A stretch of 64,000 nt of DNA from an uncultured virus (IMG/VR IMGVR_UViG_3300000553_000007). Lineage: Duplodnaviria; Heunggongvirae; Uroviricota; Caudoviricetes. Shown in pieces: positions 60,625 to 64,000 of this stretch. The stretch lies in IMG/VR virus record IMGVR_UViG_3300000553_000007. One strand, written 5' to 3'. A program made the translations under genes and the position numbers. The notes beneath the pieces were generated by a model, which had not been told where the DNA came from, did not search any database, and worked only from the letters and a program-made list of their open reading frames with translations. Each line of letters opens with the position of its first letter. The stretch's first letter is position 1.

Positions 60625-60634
60625 AATATGAATA

Positions 60635-60662
60635 ATTATATAGAATTTTATGGAAAAGTCAA
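60635..60662 (-). promoter_or_regulatory. Sigma70-type promoter of the GIY-YIG gene
   Basis: TTGACT-16 nt-TATAAT, 10 nt before ATG 60624. Confidence 0.6.
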
Positions 60663-60696
60663 GAAAATTTTAAAATTTCATTAGTTAAACAAACGC

Positions 60697-60731
60697 AAAA
60701 GAAAAGAGCCACATTTCTGTGGCTCTTTTTT
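60697..60731 (-). terminator. Intrinsic terminator after the major capsid gene
   Basis: aaaagagccaca-tttc-tgtggctctttt perfect stem with A/T runs on both sides. Confidence 0.85.
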
Positions 60732-60754
60732 GTTATAAGTTGTTTAGACTTAGA

Positions 60755-62536
60755 TTATACCGTATCCAAATCGGCAATAAGTACCTTGCCATAAAACTCA
60801 GGGCGGACTATCTTCTTTGCGTAACGGGTCATAACACCACGTCTTGGCGTGAAGTTCACTGGGTCATACACCAACGGTGTCTGAACGAGCGGGATGTACG
60901 GAGCATAGACTGCGCCGGTTTCGAGGAAGTTATTTCCACGGAAGCCCAATAGAATGACGTTATCGGTCATGTAAGGGTTCTTGTAAACCTGGAAGCGACT
61001 TGCGAAGCTACCAACACGGCTTACGCCCATGGCGAACTTGGCCTGGTCACCGTCAGTGTTGACGACGAATCCTGGGATGGATTCCAAGATAGTTGACACA
61101 GATGGGGAGACAACCATAAAGTTGGCGCCACCACGGAGGGTCAATTGATGAATCTTGTTGGATACCTTCTGAATCTTGTTACCAAGAGTCTGATACCAAG
61201 TTGCCTTGGTGTAGTAACCACCGGTTCCTGCGGTCGTCTGGTCAACGGCGGCATAACCACCTGAACCATTCGGAACGATGTCACGGTTCAACTTCGCACT
61301 CCAACGTTCAGTTGTGTAAGAAGGCGCCGTAGTAATCAACATGTCCAAGATTTCCAAATCAATTTCCATAGAAACGTATTCAGATAGGAGGGCTGTCAAT
61401 TCAGCTTCTGCATCGATGCTGTGATAAGCATTCAAATCTTGAGCGAGTTCTGGAGTCCAGACTGCTTTCAATTTGCGTGTTTTAGCGACGATTGGTTCGC
61501 TCTTGAGTTCCAAGTTAACTTCCGGAATACCGATATCTTTGTTAAGACCGGTATCGGTGTTGGATTTGCCTGATGGACTGTAGAAACCGCTATTTCCAAA
61601 GTTTACGTTGGAATTGTTAGAAGCATCTTCGAAGTCACCACGGTTATTTGGTTGTGGTTGGACGTTATAAATAACACCAGCCGTCAAAGAACCAGTCGTT
61701 GAAGCAGAGGCGGATACCACGAACGTTACTTCACCAGTAGAAGCGTTAAACTTCGTAAAGGATGGGAAATATTGTACGGTTGCCAATGCTACTGCTGAGC
61801 TCGTCACTGCGAACGGAACGAATGAACGAACTGCGGTCGGGTCATAAGGATTGCCAACTGCTGTTGAATTTGCTAAGAAGTTTGTACTAGTAAGAGCAAT
61901 CAACTGTCCGGCTGCCAATGAAGCAGAAATGCTGTTCACCATCGATTGAATCGAGCCTGACTGTGCGACTTGTGTATAATAATTGTTTAACCAATTAACG
62001 TCTTCTGCGACGGCCGTAACACCAGTGAATGATGCGGTAATGTTCTTATTATTAATGGTGTAGGAGAATCGTCCTGCGCCATACAATCCGCCGACTGGGG
62101 CGTCCGTTGAACCGAGCTTAGCGCCCGTTCCACCGAATAATGATTGATAATACGAACCTGATTTGTCTGCTGGTTCACCACGGGTTGCCGAACCATACTT
62201 GAAATCCAAGTAGAATACCAAACCTGATGGTAGATTCATAGGTTGAACTGACACGAATTCCTTCGCGGCAAATTCTGCGAATACACGACGAACTAATGGG
62301 AGCGCTACGCCGGCCCATTGTTCTGAGTTTGCGGAAGTTCCAGTTGCGGTAGCTTCTTCAATCAGCTGTTTAGCCTGATTTTCCAAGAGAACTGCCATGT
62401 TGGATTTCTCGATATCACTCTTAATACCTTCAAGGAGGCCGGTCTTATCCCACTTGGTCACTAGACCACGGGTTTCCTGCATCAAACGGGCTTGAGGATT
62501 TAGAGTATTTGTTAACAATGATTTAATGTTTTCCAT
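60755..62536 (-). CDS. Major capsid protein (T4 gp23-like)
   Basis: KW..TGLLEG, LLENQ, LPLVRR, VQPMNLPSGLVF, AKTRKLKA.WTPELAQDL.AYH.IDAEAEL, YAPYIPL, F.P..G.MTRY. Confidence 0.97.
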   Translation of the reverse strand: MENIKSLLTNTLNPQARLMQETRGLVTKWDKTGLLEGIKSDIEKSNMAVLLENQAKQLIEEATATGTSANSEQWAGVALPLVRRVFAEFAAKEFVSVQPMNLPSGLVFYLDFKYGSATRGEPADKSGSYYQSLFGGTGAKLGSTDAPVGGLYGAGRFSYTINNKNITASFTGVTAVAEDVNWLNNYYTQVAQSGSIQSMVNSISASLAAGQLIALTSTNFLANSTAVGNPYDPTAVRSFVPFAVTSSAVALATVQYFPSFTKFNASTGEVTFVVSASASTTGSLTAGVIYNVQPQPNNRGDFEDASNNSNVNFGNSGFYSPSGKSNTDTGLNKDIGIPEVNLELKSEPIVAKTRKLKAVWTPELAQDLNAYHSIDAEAELTALLSEYVSMEIDLEILDMLITTAPSYTTERWSAKLNRDIVPNGSGGYAAVDQTTAGTGGYYTKATWYQTLGNKIQKVSNKIHQLTLRGGANFMVVSPSVSTILESIPGFVVNTDGDQAKFAMGVSRVGSFASRFQVYKNPYMTDNVILLGFRGNNFLETGAVYAPYIPLVQTPLVYDPVNFTPRRGVMTRYAKKIVRPEFYGKVLIADLDTV

Positions 62537-62580
62537 ACTTTTATTTTTTTCTTTTTTTATTTTTTATTTACTCACTAATA

Positions 62581-64000
62581 TTACTTCTTGTTAGAAGCAT
62601 TTTTCGGCGCATCCTTGATTCCAGCGAGTTTTCTGAATCTTAGAGCCATCTCTCCACCTTCAGTGATTAACTGATTTGGTTTCGTAGATGATACCGGCTT
62701 TGATGCGAATCCTTCGGTAATCTGTTTCACAGAAGTTCTTGTTGCTACAGGTCTTGCGGCCTGAGTTCCACGAGCTCTTGTTACTTGTGTACCGAAATTA
62801 AGAGACTCCGCCAACAGGGCGTAGGCCAGTTTAACTTCACGAACATTCTTGGTTAAGTCAAATGATTCGACGATTTTCATACGATATGGGTCGTCCAAAA
62901 CACCTGCGAATTCTTTAAATAGCTTGTTCGTATAGAGCAATTTAGCATTCAATAGGTTGACTTCATTAATTTGTCCACGGAGGAATTCAATGGTTTTGTA
63001 AGATTCCTTGAGGGCAACCTTATATTGAATAACTTCGGATACCGGTTTGCCGCCGACGGCGCCTGTTCCAATGTTACCATTACCACTGATGTTATGGTTC
63101 TTTCCTTTGAGTTGATTCTTAGAAGCATCTTGTGGAGCAGCTGGATATCCTTTGACTCCGCCGGATTTGTGCGTACCACTCTTGTCGCCTGCAGAATATC
63201 CGGTTTTGACTGATTCATCCATATCTTCTTCAGATTCGTCTTCTTCTTCTTTTTCTTTCTTACCACCCTTTTTCAACCAAGGCGGAAGTTTACCTTCCGA
63301 TACTTTTCCTTCGTCTTCTTCATCTGCTTCTTCATTAAGAGCAGCGAGTAATTCTTCGAGATTGATGTTTTCATCTTCTTCTGGAGTCGTTGGGGCTGCT
63401 GGAGCTGGTTGTTGTCCCATTTCTTCTCCTGGCATTCCACCAGCATTCATGCCTGGTTGAGCTTCGCCGCCTTCTGCGCCTTCTTCTCCACCAACTTCTT
63501 GACCGACTTCTGGGCCGAGGTCAATATTGACTTCTCCGCCTGCGGCTGGGTCTGCGTTGATATCGGTTTCTTGTCCACCGAATTCGTCTCCGTCTGTCGG
63601 AGCTGGAACTTGTTCTCCACCTTCTCTTCCGGCAAAATCTGCTTCAGGAGCCGGTTGTTGTGGTTGTCCTTCTTCTTCATTTCCGACTTCATTTTCCAAT
63701 TCCTGGATAATTTCGTCTAAATCTTCGGAAGTTAATCCTGCTTCGTCCAATTTGGATTCTTCTTCTTCTTCGGCAGTCTCATTGACTTTCTTACCGAGTT
63801 TAGGAACTCCATTCGGGCCTAGTCCTGCTTGGACTGCTTTAAAATCTGTGTCACCTGCTCCACCTTTTGGTGTCTTAGGATTGCCTTTAGATACTGCTTT
63901 GGTCGACGGTCCCTTAGCTTCTCCACCTTTTCCGGAGACTTGATTTGGGGCTTCGACTTCCTGCATCATACCTTCTTCATTCTCTTCGGCTTCCTCTTTT
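62581..64000 (-). CDS. Prohead core/scaffolding protein, partial (5' end beyond window)
   Basis: Very acidic and low-complexity with many LxE motifs; C-terminal INEVNLLNAKLLY.NKLF and RFRKLAGI; directly upstream of the capsid gene; frame open to the window edge. Confidence 0.85.
   Translation of the reverse strand, partial: KEEAEENEEGMMQEVEAPNQVSGKGGEAKGPSTKAVSKGNPKTPKGGAGDTDFKAVQAGLGPNGVPKLGKKVNETAEEEEESKLDEAGLTSEDLDEIIQELENEVGNEEEGQPQQPAPEADFAGREGGEQVPAPTDGDEFGGQETDINADPAAGGEVNIDLGPEVGQEVGGEEGAEGGEAQPGMNAGGMPGEEMGQQPAPAAPTTPEEDENINLEELLAALNEEADEEDEGKVSEGKLPPWLKKGGKKEKEEEDESEEDMDESVKTGYSAGDKSGTHKSGGVKGYPAAPQDASKNQLKGKNHNISGNGNIGTGAVGGKPVSEVIQYKVALKESYKTIEFLRGQINEVNLLNAKLLYTNKLFKEFAGVLDDPYRMKIVESFDLTKNVREVKLAYALLAESLNFGTQVTRARGTQAARPVATRTSVKQITEGFASKPVSSTKPNQLITEGGEMALRFRKLAGIKDAPKNASNKK

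Noticed and set aside
126..63943. Many short antisense or nested ORFs in the track (e.g. 126..410, 6658..7086, 7417..7878, 36621..37106, 63527..63943)
   Set aside because: They lie within longer, motif-supported genes and lack recognisable features; treated as shadow ORFs.
1..64000. CRISPR array, tRNA or rRNA genes
   Set aside because: No regularly spaced repeats or cloverleaf/rRNA signatures seen; intergenic gaps are short. Not confirmed by software.
1..64000. Stop-codon reassignment (alternative genetic code)
   Set aside because: Core genes are full length and densely packed under the standard code; TAA, TGA and TAG all end genes at plausible positions.

Overview
An AT-rich 64-kb segment of a large T4-like (myovirus, probably jumbo) phage genome covering the virion morphogenesis region. 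The mostly minus-strand genes encode a partial scaffold, the major capsid protein, three Ser/Ala/Tyr-rich fibres plus LRR and discoidin receptor-binding candidates, neck and tail-terminator proteins, sheath, tube, a gp26-like/gp51-like chaperone pair, tape measure, baseplate genes and a short family-A DNA polymerase. Seven free-standing homing-endonuclease-like genes and one non-autonomous tnpB element are interspersed. Most interesting: about a dozen accessory proteins begin with a shared 'MIKLxxLxxE'-type leader, and their modules are joined by [LIVMF]-x-E linkers like those in the scaffold and capsid leader. The modules include a CCA-adding enzyme, two 2H phosphoesterases, a GNAT, an HExxH peptidase, a pol-beta nucleotidyltransferase, a lysozyme, an ART-like domain and two unnamed repeated domains. 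I infer they are head-packaged, protease-processed polyproteins forming an injected RNA-repair/anti-defence kit. Also seen: a candidate +1 frameshift (UCC-UUU-CUA) before the tape measure gene, a TATTTAT(A/T) motif just before many late ATGs, sigma70 promoters on near-leaderless non-structural genes, and gene-conversion/shuffling signatures in fibre genes. All calls come from reading motifs by eye; no database searches were run.
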